Shown piece by piece: positions 10,395-18,921 of a stretch of DNA of 64,000 nt. The position numbers and the translations under genes were made by a program. The number at the start of each line of letters is the position of its first letter. Position 1 is the first letter of the stretch. The notes beneath the pieces are model-generated. The model did no database searches and had not been told where the DNA came from. It was given only the letters and a program-made list of their open reading frames with translations. The DNA is taken from positions 9,666-73,665 of the forward strand of contig CAZRDX010000040.1 of the NCBI GenBank assembly GCA_964599235.1. Reading direction: 5' to 3'. The DNA comes from an uncultured Rikenellaceae bacterium (lineage in GTDB: Bacteria; Bacteroidota; Bacteroidia; Bacteroidales; VadinHA17).

Positions 10395-11707
10395 GCCCTA
10401 CCGGTGATCTCGCCATAGAGATCGAAACCGTCAGCCCGGACGATCTTCACACGGACGAAGTCGCCGGGCTTTCTTTTTTCATCTGCACCTTTGGCGGGGA
10501 TAAGCACCTCCTGGTCCACCTCCGGAGAGTCGTATTGCGTACGTCCTGTCCAGAACGTTCCTTCGCGACGGTCGAGGATCACTGGAAGGATCTCCCCTAC
10601 CCTTTTTTCGTTGATTTCTTCTGCTATCCTTTCCTGCAGGGTCATCACCTCCCCGACCCTTTCCTGTTTTACCTTTTCCGGGATGGTATCGCGGTAATGA
10701 CGCCACGCATAGGTCCCTTCCTCATGGGAATAAGCAAAGACCCCCAGCCGGTCGAAGCGTGTCTCTTCGATGAATTCAAGCAGTTCCCGGAAGTCTTTTT
10801 CCGTTTCAGCGGGATGCCCCACCAGGAAGGTGGTCCGCAGGGCGATGTCGGGTATCTCCTTGCGCAGGCGTTGCACCAGACGGCGGATGGTCCCTGAGGT
10901 GGAGCCCCGCCGCATTTTTTTGAGAACTCTGTCGGAGATATGCTGGAAAGGGATGTCGAGATAATGACAGATATTTTCCCTTTCCTTCATCAGAGGGATG
11001 ATCTCCGTAGGGAACCCGGATGGATAGGCGTAGTGCAGGCGTATCCACCGGAAGGGGAGCTGCGAGAGCCGGTCGACGAGTTCGGGCAGGCGCTGTTGTC
11101 CATAGAGGTCACGTCCGTACCAGGTAAGATCCTGGGCGATGAGCATCACCTCTTTCACGCCGCGGGAGGCCAGCCATTCAGCCTCATCAAGGATCTCCTC
11201 CACGGGACGCGAACGGTGTTTTCCCCTGATGGCGGGGATGCTGCAGAAAGCACATTTCCTGCTGCATCCCTCGGAGATCTTGAGGTAAGCATAATGCGAG
11301 GGGGTGGTAAGATGGCGGCGGGTGAGCAGTTCGTAGTGGAAGTTGGCACCGGCATCCCGGACCACCTGTTCCATCTCGTGCACCCCATACCAGGCATCGG
11401 CTTCGGGTATTTCTTTTTTCAGCTCTTCGCGGAAGCGTTCGACCAGGCATCCCATGACGATGAGGCGGTCGATGAGCCCTTTCTTGCGTGCTTCGGCAAA
11501 GTAGAGGATGGTGTCGACCGATTCGGCCTGGGCATCCCGGATGAAGCCGCAGGTGTTGATGATCACTGTCCCTCCGCGTATCTCGGGCGCATCATGGTCG
11601 ACGTCAAAACCTTCCTCCCGGAGCTGATGCAGAAGCACCTCCGAATCAACGGTATTTTTCGAACAACCGAGGGTGATCACATGGACCTTTTTCGGGGCAG
11701 GGCGCAT
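10391..11707 (-). CDS. rimO: Ribosomal protein S12 methylthiotransferase
   Basis: UPF0004 N-terminal domain (VITLGCSKN), radical-SAM CSRKCAFC and a C-terminal TRAM-like domain. Confidence 0.9.
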   Translation of the reverse strand: MRPAPKKVHVITLGCSKNTVDSEVLLHQLREEGFDVDHDAPEIRGGTVIINTCGFIRDAQAESVDTILYFAEARKKGLIDRLIVMGCLVERFREELKKEIPEADAWYGVHEMEQVVRDAGANFHYELLTRRHLTTPSHYAYLKISEGCSRKCAFCSIPAIRGKHRSRPVEEILDEAEWLASRGVKEVMLIAQDLTWYGRDLYGQQRLPELVDRLSQLPFRWIRLHYAYPSGFPTEIIPLMKERENICHYLDIPFQHISDRVLKKMRRGSTSGTIRRLVQRLRKEIPDIALRTTFLVGHPAETEKDFRELLEFIEETRFDRLGVFAYSHEEGTYAWRHYRDTIPEKVKQERVGEVMTLQERIAEEINEKRVGEILPVILDRREGTFWTGRTQYDSPEVDQEVLIPAKGADEKRKPGDFVRVKIVRADGFDLYGEITGRA

Positions 11708-11714
11708 GGGCGGT

Positions 11715-12722
11715 TCATTGTGTATCGGGGAAGAGCGAGTTGACGAACTCCTCCCTGTGGAAAGGACGCAGATCGTCGAGGCCTTCGCCTATGCCGATGT
11801 ATTTGACGGGGATGCCGAACTTGTCCGACACGCCGATGACCACGCCCCCTTTGGCCGTACCATCCAGTTTGGTGACGGCTATGGCATTGACCTGGGTCAC
11901 TTCGGTGAACTGACGGGCCTGTTCGAAGGCATTCTGTCCGGTGGAACCGTCGAGAACGAGCAGGATCTCGTGGGGAGCTTCCGGGATCACTTTCTGCATC
12001 ACCCTTTTGATCTTACCCAACTCATTCATCAGGTTCACCTTGTTGTGGAGTCTTCCGGCAGTATCGATGATGGCGACGTCGGCGTTGCGTGCTTTGGCGG
12101 CATGTAATGTGTCGAAGACCACCGAGGCGGGATCGGAACCCATCTGTTGTTTGACCAGGTGAACTCCTACCCTGTCGGCCCATACCTGCAGCTGGTCGAT
12201 GGCTGCCGCCCGGAAGGTGTCGGCTGCGCCGAGGATGACTTGATAGCCGTTCTTTTTGTATCTGTGAGCCAGCTTGGCGATGGTGGTGGTCTTGCCCACA
12301 CCGTTGACCCCAACTACCATGATCACATAGGGCCGGGGCAGACCTTCCAGGGAAAAGTCGCCTCCCGCTGCCTCGGGCTGTTCGCTGAGGAGGGCGGCGA
12401 TCTCTTCACGCAGGATGCGGTTGAGTTCGGCGGTGCCCAGATACTTGTCACGCGACACACGCTCCTCGATCCTTTCAATGATCTTCAGCGTGGTATCGAC
12501 GCCCACATCCGAGGTAAGGAGCACCTCTTCCAGGTTGTCGAGCACTTCATCGTCGACCTTCGTCTTTCCGGCGACGGCCCGGGAGAGCTTGCGAAAAACG
12601 CTCTCCTTGGTACGTGCCAGCCCCTCCTCGACGCTCTTCTGCTCCTTTGATCTTTCAGGCGCAGCCGGTGCAACGGGAGACGCTTCCTCTTTTTTCCTGT
12701 TCTTTTTCGAGAAAAGTCCCAT
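11715..12722 (-). CDS. ftsY: Signal recognition particle receptor
   Basis: NG domain motifs GVNGVGKTTTIAKLA, DTAGR and TKLDGTAKGG. Confidence 0.93.
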   Translation of the reverse strand: MGLFSKKNRKKEEASPVAPAAPERSKEQKSVEEGLARTKESVFRKLSRAVAGKTKVDDEVLDNLEEVLLTSDVGVDTTLKIIERIEERVSRDKYLGTAELNRILREEIAALLSEQPEAAGGDFSLEGLPRPYVIMVVGVNGVGKTTTIAKLAHRYKKNGYQVILGAADTFRAAAIDQLQVWADRVGVHLVKQQMGSDPASVVFDTLHAAKARNADVAIIDTAGRLHNKVNLMNELGKIKRVMQKVIPEAPHEILLVLDGSTGQNAFEQARQFTEVTQVNAIAVTKLDGTAKGGVVIGVSDKFGIPVKYIGIGEGLDDLRPFHREEFVNSLFPDTQ

Positions 12723-12754
12723 AATGCGGAAATGATCAGGTTGCCAATATAAAA

Positions 12755-12779
12755 AAAGCTTCCCTTTTGAGGAAGCTTT
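12755..12779 (-). terminator. Rho-independent terminator after the L28-L33-DUF4295 genes
   Basis: AAAGCTTCC / GGAAGCTTT 9-bp stem. On the minus strand it is followed by a T-run (complement of the A-run at 12751-12757). Confidence 0.6.
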
Positions 12780-12803
12780 TCCGTGTTCCGGACGGATGTG
12801 TCT

Positions 12804-12959
12804 TTATTTCTTGGCGAAGAAATCCTTCACATGTTCCTTGTTGATGATCTCTTCCTGGAAGGTGTAGGCACCCGTTTTCTTGGATTTCACGAAACGGATG
12901 GCTTTTGTGAAGGAATGGCCTTCCCCTGTTTTCAGTGTTGCAACGACTTTCTTTGCCAT
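12804..12959 (-). CDS. DUF4295 small protein (51 aa), absent from the supplied ORF track
   Basis: Hand translation gives MAKKVVATLKTGEGHSFTKAIRFVKSKKTGAYTFQEEIINKEHVKDFFAKK then stop. It sits directly downstream of rpmG, as is typical of Bacteroidota. Confidence 0.75.
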   Translation of the reverse strand: MAKKVVATLKTGEGHSFTKAIRFVKSKKTGAYTFQEEIINKEHVKDFFAKK

Positions 12960-12965
12960 GATCTC

Positions 12966-13148
12966 TTATTTTATCTCCCTGTGGAGGGTGTAACGTTTCA
13001 GGATGGGATTGTATTTACGCAGTTCCAGCCTTTCCGGCGTGTTTTTACGGTTCTTGGTGGTGATGTAGCGGGATGTTCCCGGCATACCACTGGCCTTGTG
13101 CTCGGTGCACTCCAGGATCACCTGTATTCTGTTGCCTTTCTTAGCCAT
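12966..13148 (-). CDS. rpmG: 50S ribosomal protein L33
   Basis: [18 protein letters not shown]...[22 protein letters not shown] is a clear L33 sequence. Confidence 0.95.
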   Translation of the reverse strand: MAKKGNRIQVILECTEHKASGMPGTSRYITTKNRKNTPERLELRKYNPILKRYTLHREIK

Positions 13149-13162
13149 GATCGTACTGGATT

Positions 13163-13405
13163 TTAATAGTTTTGGATATAACCTTTTTCTTTGGCCTCAC
13201 GCAGTGCGGCTTTCAGGCCTATCTTGTTGATCGTCCGGATCCCGGCGGCAGAGACGCGCAGCGTAATCCAGCGATCCTCATCCTCAAGGTAGAACTTCTT
13301 GTCAAAAAGGTTGGGATAGAACTTCCTTTTTGTTCTGCGTTTCGAGTGGGAGACGTTGTTTCCCGTCATCACCTTCTTTCCTGTTATCTGACAAATCCTT
13401 GACAT
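13163..13405 (-). CDS. rpmB: 50S ribosomal protein L28
   Basis: [33 protein letters not shown] is a clear L28 sequence. Confidence 0.95.
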   Translation of the reverse strand: MSRICQITGKKVMTGNNVSHSKRRTKRKFYPNLFDKKFYLEDEDRWITLRVSAAGIRTINKIGLKAALREAKEKGYIQNY

Positions 13406-13547
13406 TTTCCTGCTCTGTTTTTAGCTTGTTCCCAAAAGTGGTCGCAAAATAAGTTATTTTCTTTCAGAAAACCAAACTTTCCCCCGGTAAATCCTTTCGG
13501 GCAGTTCAGATGGGGATTTCCCGAAGTCTTCTGGCCTTCACCTGACT

Positions 13548-14804
13548 TCAAGTATTACTTTCACTAAGTATCTCTTTTCTCAGAAGGTTCAATGATGTAT
13601 AAGCAGACCTCTCGATATTCTCATGCCGGTCACCGGCAAAACGAAACTTTTCAGCGATGGTCCTGTATGGTGTAGATACGGCTATCCAGACGGTCCCGAC
13701 GGGTTTGTCGGGGGTACCTCCGGACGGTCCGGCGATGCCGGAAATAGCAACGGCATAGTCTGTACCGAGCATTTTTTTCACACCATCCGCCATACGGAGG
13801 ACGGTTTCCCGGCTGACGGCCCCTTTTTCCTGCAGTATCTCCGGGCTGACGCCCAAGACCTTTTCTTTGACGCTGTTGGCATAGGAGACGACCGATCCGA
13901 CGAAATAGTCGGATGCACCCGGCACGGTGGTGATGAGGTGGGCCACCATCCCGCCCGTACAGCTCTCGGCAGTGGCCAGGGTAGCCCCACGTTCACGAAG
14001 AAGTTCTCCCACAATGCCCTCCAAGGTTTCGTCATCGTGGCCGTACACGTACTCCCCGATCCGTTCGAGTATCTTTTTTTCCAGTTCTTCGACCTGCCTG
14101 ACCAGCTCTTCTTTTCTGTCCCCTTTGGCAGTGAGACGGAGCCGCACTTTTCCTGCCGATGGCAGATAGGCCAGTTTCACGTTGGGAGGCAGCTCTCTTT
14201 CAAAGTCTTCCAGAAGGCCCGAAAGATGAGCTTCGAATGTTCCGTAGGTCAGGATGGTTCTGTGGTAAAGGGCAGGCAGGCTGAATTTTTCCTGAAGGGC
14301 GGGCAGGACGTATTTTTCCATGATCCCTTTCATCTCACGCGGGACCCCCGGCATAGATACCAGCACCTTTCCATCCTTTTCGAACCACATTCCGGGGGCT
14401 GTGCCCCATTCATTGACAAAAACCCTGCAATTGTCCGGCACATAGGCTTGTCCGCGGATAAGATCGTTCATCTTTATGTTCCGTGCGGCAATGCGTTCCT
14501 CGACGGCTTTAAGAACCTTTTCGTCGAGCACCAGCCTGCCGCCGAAATATTCGGCAAGTGTTTTCTTGGTAACATCATCACTGGTCGGTCCCAGCCCTCC
14601 TGTCACCAGCACTATATCACAACATGACAGGGCTTTCCGTACCGCGGAGAGGATATGCTCCCGCTCGTCGGAGATGGTGGTGATCTGCCGGACGGTAATG
14701 CCGATCCCGTTCAGCTTTTCCGCCATCCAGGCAGAATTGGTATCGACGATCTGTCCGATCAGGATCTCGTCGCCTATGGTGATGATCTCTGCTCTGATCT
14801 CCAT
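13548..14804 (-). CDS. cinA: CinA family protein (MoCF-binding domain plus NMN deamidase PncC-type domain)
   Basis: N-terminus EIITIGDEILIGQIVDTNSAWMAEKL and C-terminus ATAESCTGGMVAH. Confidence 0.9.
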   Translation of the reverse strand: MEIRAEIITIGDEILIGQIVDTNSAWMAEKLNGIGITVRQITTISDEREHILSAVRKALSCCDIVLVTGGLGPTSDDVTKKTLAEYFGGRLVLDEKVLKAVEERIAARNIKMNDLIRGQAYVPDNCRVFVNEWGTAPGMWFEKDGKVLVSMPGVPREMKGIMEKYVLPALQEKFSLPALYHRTILTYGTFEAHLSGLLEDFERELPPNVKLAYLPSAGKVRLRLTAKGDRKEELVRQVEELEKKILERIGEYVYGHDDETLEGIVGELLRERGATLATAESCTGGMVAHLITTVPGASDYFVGSVVSYANSVKEKVLGVSPEILQEKGAVSRETVLRMADGVKKMLGTDYAVAISGIAGPSGGTPDKPVGTVWIAVSTPYRTIAEKFRFAGDRHENIERSAYTSLNLLRKEILSESNT

Positions 14805-14961
14805 TTTCTATCTTTTTTGGGAAAGACAAAGATAAACGTAAGAAGATTAGGTTGTTCATCCCTTCAGGGAAACAGCCATGAGAGATGACCTGTGGCAACA
14901 ATATAGATGACTGTAATATTGTTGGTTATAAGATGTGTTTAAAGAATACATCCAAGTATTT

Positions 14962-16251
14962 TCACCACCAGGTCTCCATCTGGATGCCTACGGAGATACC
15001 GTTGTTGCTGTCGGGGAAAGAGTGGGGAGCGACCATTCCGGTGAAGTCGTCCGACCAGACGGCCCATGTGAAATAAGCCCGCAGGGCGGGACGGCTGAGC
15101 AGTTGGTTGCGCGGGGAAAGTTGCGGGGCGATGGTGAATTTGCCAAGGGAGCCTTGTAACCTACCTTCCTGGCGGGTATGATCGACACCTATCTCCCCCA
15201 CCAATGAGAAATAGCGGGAGAAGTGCCAGAACGGCCGCAGCCCCATGGATAACCAGTCGAGCCGACCGTGTTCCGGCATACCGTTGTCGAGTTTCTGGTA
15301 GATCGCAACCGCCATCAGGGAAAAATGTTCGCTGAAATCGATGCGCAGGTCGTCCATGATCCGGAAACGTTTCATCCCGCTGATGGCGACTTTATCGTGG
15401 GGCTGCACGACCAGACCTATGGGACGCACCATGGTCGCCTTGTAGTTCTCTGCGGCTCCCTGACCGTAAAAGACATTGAAAGTGTTCACCCCCCGGTCTC
15501 CCAGCGTTCGAACGTAAAAGATCCCCGAGGACCATCCGTAGCTGCTCTCCACAAAGAAAGGACCTTCGTTCGTAACCACCGTATCGCCCGTAAAGCGGGA
15601 GAGGTCGAAGGTAAAGGCCAGCTTGCCGTGGAGAAAAGGGATCTCGTGAAGATAGAGGTCCAGCGTGGTCTTGTTCAGAACGAAATAATCTTCAGGGTAA
15701 ATGTTCCCGTTGGACTGCAGGTCGTCGATGGAGCCGCCGAGGAGGGCTACCGAGAGCCTGACGTTGTTTCCCAGGGCGATCCGTTCCACACCCCCGCCGA
15801 AACCGCTCATATCCCAGTACCAGAAATCATTCAGGTGGTTATCGTAACGGTTGTAATACCGTTGGCCACCCCAGAAGGTAAGTTCTTTTTGCCGGGGCAA
15901 GAAGTTCCCCATCCGCACGAAAGCCTCCCGCACGGTCATGGTGGTGGTGAAAGCATTGCTCTTGCTGGTGGGTGTGACAAAGGCAAAACGCACATGGGTC
16001 TCCATCGACATCTTTTTTCTCTCGTCGGAAGATCTGTATCCGAAAAGGGTCTCGATGTAGGCTTCGGCTTCGTTACCCAGACGATATTTGGCTTCCGCAT
16101 TGGGAGCACGGAAAACGTCCAGAGGATGACCTTTCCCGTCCAGACCGAAACCGGAACGCATGTACCCACCGAAAAAGAAGTCGTTTACCTGAGCGGGCAG
16201 CGGAACAACGACCGGAATGAGAAACAGCAGGAATGCAAATTTTCGTACCAT
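14962..16251 (-). CDS. Maltoporin / LamB-family sugar porin
   Basis: Motifs parallel E. coli LamB: GYMRSGFG, KYRLGNEAEAY, WGGQRYYNRYDNHLNDFWYWDMSG, RPALRAYFTWAVW and the C-terminal GIQMETWW. The signal-peptide start MVRKFAFLLFLIPVV at ATG 16251 is preferred over the track start 16389. Confidence 0.85.
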   Translation of the reverse strand: MVRKFAFLLFLIPVVVPLPAQVNDFFFGGYMRSGFGLDGKGHPLDVFRAPNAEAKYRLGNEAEAYIETLFGYRSSDERKKMSMETHVRFAFVTPTSKSNAFTTTMTVREAFVRMGNFLPRQKELTFWGGQRYYNRYDNHLNDFWYWDMSGFGGGVERIALGNNVRLSVALLGGSIDDLQSNGNIYPEDYFVLNKTTLDLYLHEIPFLHGKLAFTFDLSRFTGDTVVTNEGPFFVESSYGWSSGIFYVRTLGDRGVNTFNVFYGQGAAENYKATMVRPIGLVVQPHDKVAISGMKRFRIMDDLRIDFSEHFSLMAVAIYQKLDNGMPEHGRLDWLSMGLRPFWHFSRYFSLVGEIGVDHTRQEGRLQGSLGKFTIAPQLSPRNQLLSRPALRAYFTWAVWSDDFTGMVAPHSFPDSNNGISVGIQMETWW

Positions 16252-16306
16252 ATCCGAACTTGCTGTACCCAAAAGTAGAAAAACCCTAAGAGTAAAACAA
16301 AAGAGC

Positions 16307-17521
16307 TCAAGCAGGCGAAAAAAGGATCTTCTTCCTTTCCTTGAGAAAACGTATGCTAAGGTACAACAGGACAATGATATAAGACGCATCGATAGTCCAG
16401 CATGCCGCCTTCAGTCCAAACCTTTGCAGGAGAAGAAGCAACAGGATGGTGGTCGTAACGAGCCCAAGGGAAGACTTGGCGATCAGGATGTTCATCATTC
16501 CGCGGGCCGAGAAATAATGTCCCAGGATATTGGCCACTGCAACGGCGAGGATGCCCGGCGAGAGGTAGAGGACCAGTTCCCGGATGCCGGTGAATGCTTT
16601 TCCGAAAATGAGGGGATAAATCTTTTCGGGCAGCAGATTGAGCAGGATCAGGGCGGGCAGGGTAAGGAGAAAACCCCGGCCGGCAGCCCGGATGGTGCGT
16701 TCAATACGAGCTTTCTCATCCTGCAGGTTGAGCACATCGGAATACAGAACGGCCGAGATGCTCTTCCCGATGATCCAGACACCTTCGGCCACGGCCACAG
16801 CCACGGAAAAACGTCCCAGCGTGTCGAGGCCCAGAGAGCGGGAAATGAAGAAATAAGCCAGACGGTAATTGAGGAATTGGAGAAAGTAACTGAGCTCGCT
16901 GCGAAAGCCATAATGCACCATACTTTTCCCCAGTGTCAGCCAGTCCTCTCTTTTCTTGTCCGCCTTCTCACCATCCCTGATGATCAGCATGAAACCGATG
17001 AACCATGCAGTTGCATAGGCAGCTATCCAGCTGTAAAAGTAGATCCGCATCTCCCGGATACCGGCAAGAAAGTATCCACATGCTACAAGCAGCAGGAGGA
17101 GCACCGAAGGAAGCAGGGTCATCAGGTTATAACGACCGATATCGTTCCTGCCCAGCCAGTAGTATGTGATACTGCCGCTCAGGGAGGTAATGAAAGAGAG
17201 GACGAGAACGAGGAAGAAATGGCCGGGACCTTCCGCCAGCAGGAACAGGAAGCTTCCCAGGAGCGAGGTGACCAGGCTGCCAAGGGAGGCCATCCACAGG
17301 AGACGGTATGGATCATATGACGGGGTATGGAAGGCCACGGTGGCCCCGGCAAAGACGTTGTTGAGGATAGCGATCAGGGAGACAGCCGCCATGATCAGGG
17401 CGATGAAACCTCTTCCTTCGGCACCCCACACCCTGGCGGTGAAGACCACCAGCAGCAGACCGATCAACATGACCGATCCTTTGGTGAGAATGGTGGTGGC
17501 TGTACGACGGTCAAGGATCAT
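16307..17521 (-). CDS. Polysaccharide/oligosaccharide flippase-like polytopic membrane protein (Wzx/MOP type)
   Basis: 404 aa, hydrophobic throughout, with a general resemblance to polysaccharide biosynthesis flippases. ATG 17521 overlaps the upstream stop (ATGA). Confidence 0.6.
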   Translation of the reverse strand: MILDRRTATTILTKGSVMLIGLLLVVFTARVWGAEGRGFIALIMAAVSLIAILNNVFAGATVAFHTPSYDPYRLLWMASLGSLVTSLLGSFLFLLAEGPGHFFLVLVLSFITSLSGSITYYWLGRNDIGRYNLMTLLPSVLLLLLVACGYFLAGIREMRIYFYSWIAAYATAWFIGFMLIIRDGEKADKKREDWLTLGKSMVHYGFRSELSYFLQFLNYRLAYFFISRSLGLDTLGRFSVAVAVAEGVWIIGKSISAVLYSDVLNLQDEKARIERTIRAAGRGFLLTLPALILLNLLPEKIYPLIFGKAFTGIRELVLYLSPGILAVAVANILGHYFSARGMMNILIAKSSLGLVTTTILLLLLLQRFGLKAACWTIDASYIIVLLYLSIRFLKERKKILFSPA

Positions 17522-18657
17522 ACATTCAGATTCTTATGAATGAAATCCGTCAGTTGCGGTGCAATGTTCTCCCAGGCGTATTCATGCCGGGCCAGCTCCT
17601 GTGCCTCTCTGCACTCCTCAAGGTAACGTGACGGATCTTGCAAATATTTCCTCAGGAGTTCAACCAGATGATCCGTATCGTGGGGATCTACCAGATGCAG
17701 AAAAGATGGCGGTTCCATGACGGAACGGATGACGGGAAGATCGCTGAAGAAGAGCGGACGACCCAAGGCCATGTAATAAAAGAGTTTGATAGGGAGGCTG
17801 TACCGGTTTTCCAGGGTCCTCTCCCGCAGGTCAAAAAAGAAATGAGAAGAAGCGATCCTGCCAAGATATTCCTTCAAGGGAAGGAAGCCATGCTTTTCCA
17901 CCGATACATTCGGAGGCAACTGGGCCAGGATGTCTTCCAGGTATTTCTTTTCTTTTGCATTCCCGTAAAAACCGATGAGCATGAGCCGGATCTTCATTCC
18001 TTTCTCTTTTCCGGCCAGTTTCCCTACCATTTTCAGGAAAGCTTCCGTACCCTTTTCACGGTTCAGTTTGCCGCTGTAGGAAAGTTCAAGCTCATTACCA
18101 GGCGGTGAGGGAATGACGGCAGGGATCAGACCCCGTGAAGGATAATAGGTAAGTTCAACATGCGGTTTCCGCGGCATCAGTTTTCTCAGCAGACGCCCCT
18201 TGTAATTCTCCCCGAAGATGAAACCGTCAGCAAGGAAAGCCGCCATGAGATAATGGAACCATACCAAGGGTGCAAGGAATAATCCCCCTAACCGTCCCCA
18301 TCGTTCCAGGTCTTTTCCCGAGGGGAACCATTCGGTAATGTCGAAAAGGATACGGAGGTTCTTCCTGTTTTTCCGTTTATATTCCCAGGCTATCATCAAA
18401 GGAAAAGGTTCCGGTGCGATCACCACGTCTGGTACAGCTCTCCGGAGACGTCGCATCATCTCTCTTCGTTTTTCTTTCCTGCTCATATCCGCTCCTTGGA
18501 AAGAGCATAGCTCTACTCCCTCATTGCTCCCTTCCGAGTCTTCTGCCGATGACACCATGATCACTTGATCACCATCCTTTACCAGTGTCATTGCGATGTG
18601 GTGGAAAAGACGGTCGTCTAAAGGATGATGACGGGTAGTAAGGATGACAGTTTTCAT
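17518..18657 (-). CDS. Glycosyltransferase (GT-B fold, GT4-like)
   Basis: 379 aa. The C-terminal half has the GT1/GT4-like sugar-donor region (ENRYSLPIKLFYYMALGRPLFFSD). The family call is approximate. Confidence 0.65.
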   Translation of the reverse strand: MKTVILTTRHHPLDDRLFHHIAMTLVKDGDQVIMVSSAEDSEGSNEGVELCSFQGADMSRKEKRREMMRRLRRAVPDVVIAPEPFPLMIAWEYKRKNRKNLRILFDITEWFPSGKDLERWGRLGGLFLAPLVWFHYLMAAFLADGFIFGENYKGRLLRKLMPRKPHVELTYYPSRGLIPAVIPSPPGNELELSYSGKLNREKGTEAFLKMVGKLAGKEKGMKIRLMLIGFYGNAKEKKYLEDILAQLPPNVSVEKHGFLPLKEYLGRIASSHFFFDLRERTLENRYSLPIKLFYYMALGRPLFFSDLPVIRSVMEPPSFLHLVDPHDTDHLVELLRKYLQDPSRYLEECREAQELARHEYAWENIAPQLTDFIHKNLNV

Positions 18658-18886
18658 GCTTCAGAGACCAGAGTGCTTTCAGAGCGAAAATAGGAAAAAT
18701 GGAGCGGACTCCTAATTGATATTTGCTCATGTGCCCTTACCCTCTTCCCTAAGAGTTTCAGGGAGGTCCTTCCCTTATCATTCCTGAAGAAAATTTAAGA
18801 AATTGTTTCATTCAGCATATCAGCAACTTAGGGCTACCTTCCATGTCCTGTGACCGGAAAACATGCTCAGGGAAGAAAGGAAATCT

Positions 18887-18894
18887 TATTTTTG
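18887..18894 (+). promoter_or_regulatory. Candidate -7 promoter box (TATTTTTG)
   Basis: Matches TAnnTTTG 27 nt upstream of ATG 18922. Confidence 0.3.
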
Positions 18895-18921
18895 GGCAAG
18901 GTTCAACAATAAGCAGGAAGC

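Noticed and set aside
12783-13166. 127-aa plus-strand ORF across the L33/DUF4295 region
   Set aside because: It is a shadow of the minus-strand rpmG and DUF4295 genes, which have unmistakable ribosomal-protein sequences.
18658-18921. 264-bp divergent intergenic region checked for an ncRNA, riboswitch or small ORF
   Set aside because: Only weak, imperfect pairings were found, with no conserved riboswitch motif that I recognise and no convincing small ORF. Apart from a candidate -7 box at 18887-18894, nothing is supportable.
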